Shown one piece after another: positions 63,442 to 64,000 of a stretch of 64,000 bases of DNA (within the stretch, counting starts at the first letter, position 1; each line of letters starts with the position of its first letter). Source of the stretch: Synergistota bacterium (GTDB lineage Bacteria > Synergistota > Synergistia > Synergistales > 79-D21); assembly GCA_022839995.1 (NCBI GenBank), contig JALHIN010000005.1, positions 11,878 to 75,877 on the forward strand, read 5' to 3'. The notes below the pieces were generated by a model, which had not been told where the DNA came from, searched no databases, and saw only the letters and a program-made list of their open reading frames with translations. The position numbers and the translations under genes were made by a program.

Positions 63442-64000
63442 TTACGGTCTAACGGGGGGAATGACCGAAAGGATCTGCGCCGGGTCGCTGACGTGGATTT
63501 CCGCCCCGCGGTAAGAAGCCTGGACCTTTCCCAGGACCCGGATCCTGGCTCCCAGGAGTGCCTTGACAGGGCCGAAAAGGCCGGGCGGTTCGTCGTACAG
63601 GACGAGGTCGGTGCGGCTCCCCTTTTCGAACAGCCGCCAACTGCTTTTCGAGCGGCGGATCCCGTCGACCCGCATCTCGAGGGTGAGGAACGAGCCCGCC
63701 AGGAGGGGTAGGTCGGCCCAGACCTGTTTCGGGCTGAAAAGTCGTCCGTAGGCCACTCCCCAGAACCCCTTTCCTCGATCGCGGGCGCTCAGCAATGCAG
63801 CATGGATCCGTTCGGCGTAGCGAACATTGGGCGGAAGGGTGAAGGGCAGGGCGAATCCTTCCGCCACAAGCCTTTCGTTCACCATGAGGGGGCCGTTCGG
63901 TCGATCGATCCAGACGATGGCCAACAGGCGGCCAAACCGGTCTCGAGCCTGGACGTCGGTTTCGAGGCGGACCCTCCTGCCCAGGACCAGGTCCCTGTTG
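63442..64000 (-). CDS. thermonuclease (SNase-like) family protein, C-terminal part (gene continues past the right edge)
   Basis: The frame stays open upstream of the track start at 63924 (...DRFGRLLAIVWIDRPNGPLMVNERLVAEGFA...), a typical SNase motif region. Confidence 0.7.
   Translation of the reverse strand, partial: NRDLVLGRRVRLETDVQARDRFGRLLAIVWIDRPNGPLMVNERLVAEGFALPFTLPPNVRYAERIHAALLSARDRGKGFWGVAYGRLFSPKQVWADLPLLAGSFLTLEMRVDGIRRSKSSWRLFEKGSRTDLVLYDEPPGLFGPVKALLGARIRVLGKVQASYRGAEIHVSDPAQILSVIPPVRP

Noticed and set aside
61786-63711. 641-aa plus-strand ORF.
   Set aside because: Antisense to the P5C dehydrogenase and thermonuclease genes. Compositionally it is a GC3 shadow ORF.
1-64000. 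CRISPR arrays, rRNA or tRNA genes, IS elements, integrases and prophage genes.
   Set aside because: I scanned the intergenic regions and the ORF translations by eye. I saw no direct-repeat/spacer arrays, no tRNA-like T-arm (GGTTCGAATCC) signatures, and no transposase, integrase or phage structural proteins.

Overview
This is a visibly GC-rich, densely coding bacterial chromosomal segment. It has strong third-position GC bias, so long antisense shadow ORFs are everywhere in the six-frame track. The gene content is that of an anaerobic, amino-acid/organic-acid-fermenting, selenocysteine-decoding diderm. One secreted protein ends in a tail that resembles, from memory, the Synergistota-specific Synerg-CTERM sorting signal, so a Synergistota origin is an inference only.

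Gene order, left to right:
- MFS transporter and a secreted metallophosphoesterase.
- FadR-type GntR regulator divergent from a TRAP transporter (dctPQM) plus an IlvD-family dehydratase operon; then cobO.
- Citrate module: tctCBA, a GntR regulator, and divergent citDEF.
- yedF-GNAT operon and an AbrB-type membrane protein.
- A 1.2-kb gene-poor stretch.
- ktrBA-like K+ uptake genes.
- A promoter, structured RNA and terminator unit in front of cysE-cysK.
- trkHA and a 2-hydroxyacid dehydrogenase; two hypothetical envelope proteins; eno.
- merR-tolC-MFP-RND efflux operon; tspO; nfi; serA-serC-DUF1015.
- A TAG-interrupted secreted repeat protein.
- The most interesting locus: a glycyl-radical enzyme, its activase and a CdaR/PucR regulator, divergent from grdE-like, grdB-like (in-frame UGA = Sec, hairpin at SECIS spacing), a catalytically degenerate prolyl-tRNA-synthetase paralogue and an orphan amino-acid-type binding protein.
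- YtcJ-like amidohydrolase and polyferredoxin; PLP dehydratase; TamB-like protein; LarE-like protein; P5C dehydrogenase; a partial thermonuclease.

I found no rRNA, tRNA, CRISPR array or recognisable mobile element. All family assignments come from reading the translations by eye. No database search was run.
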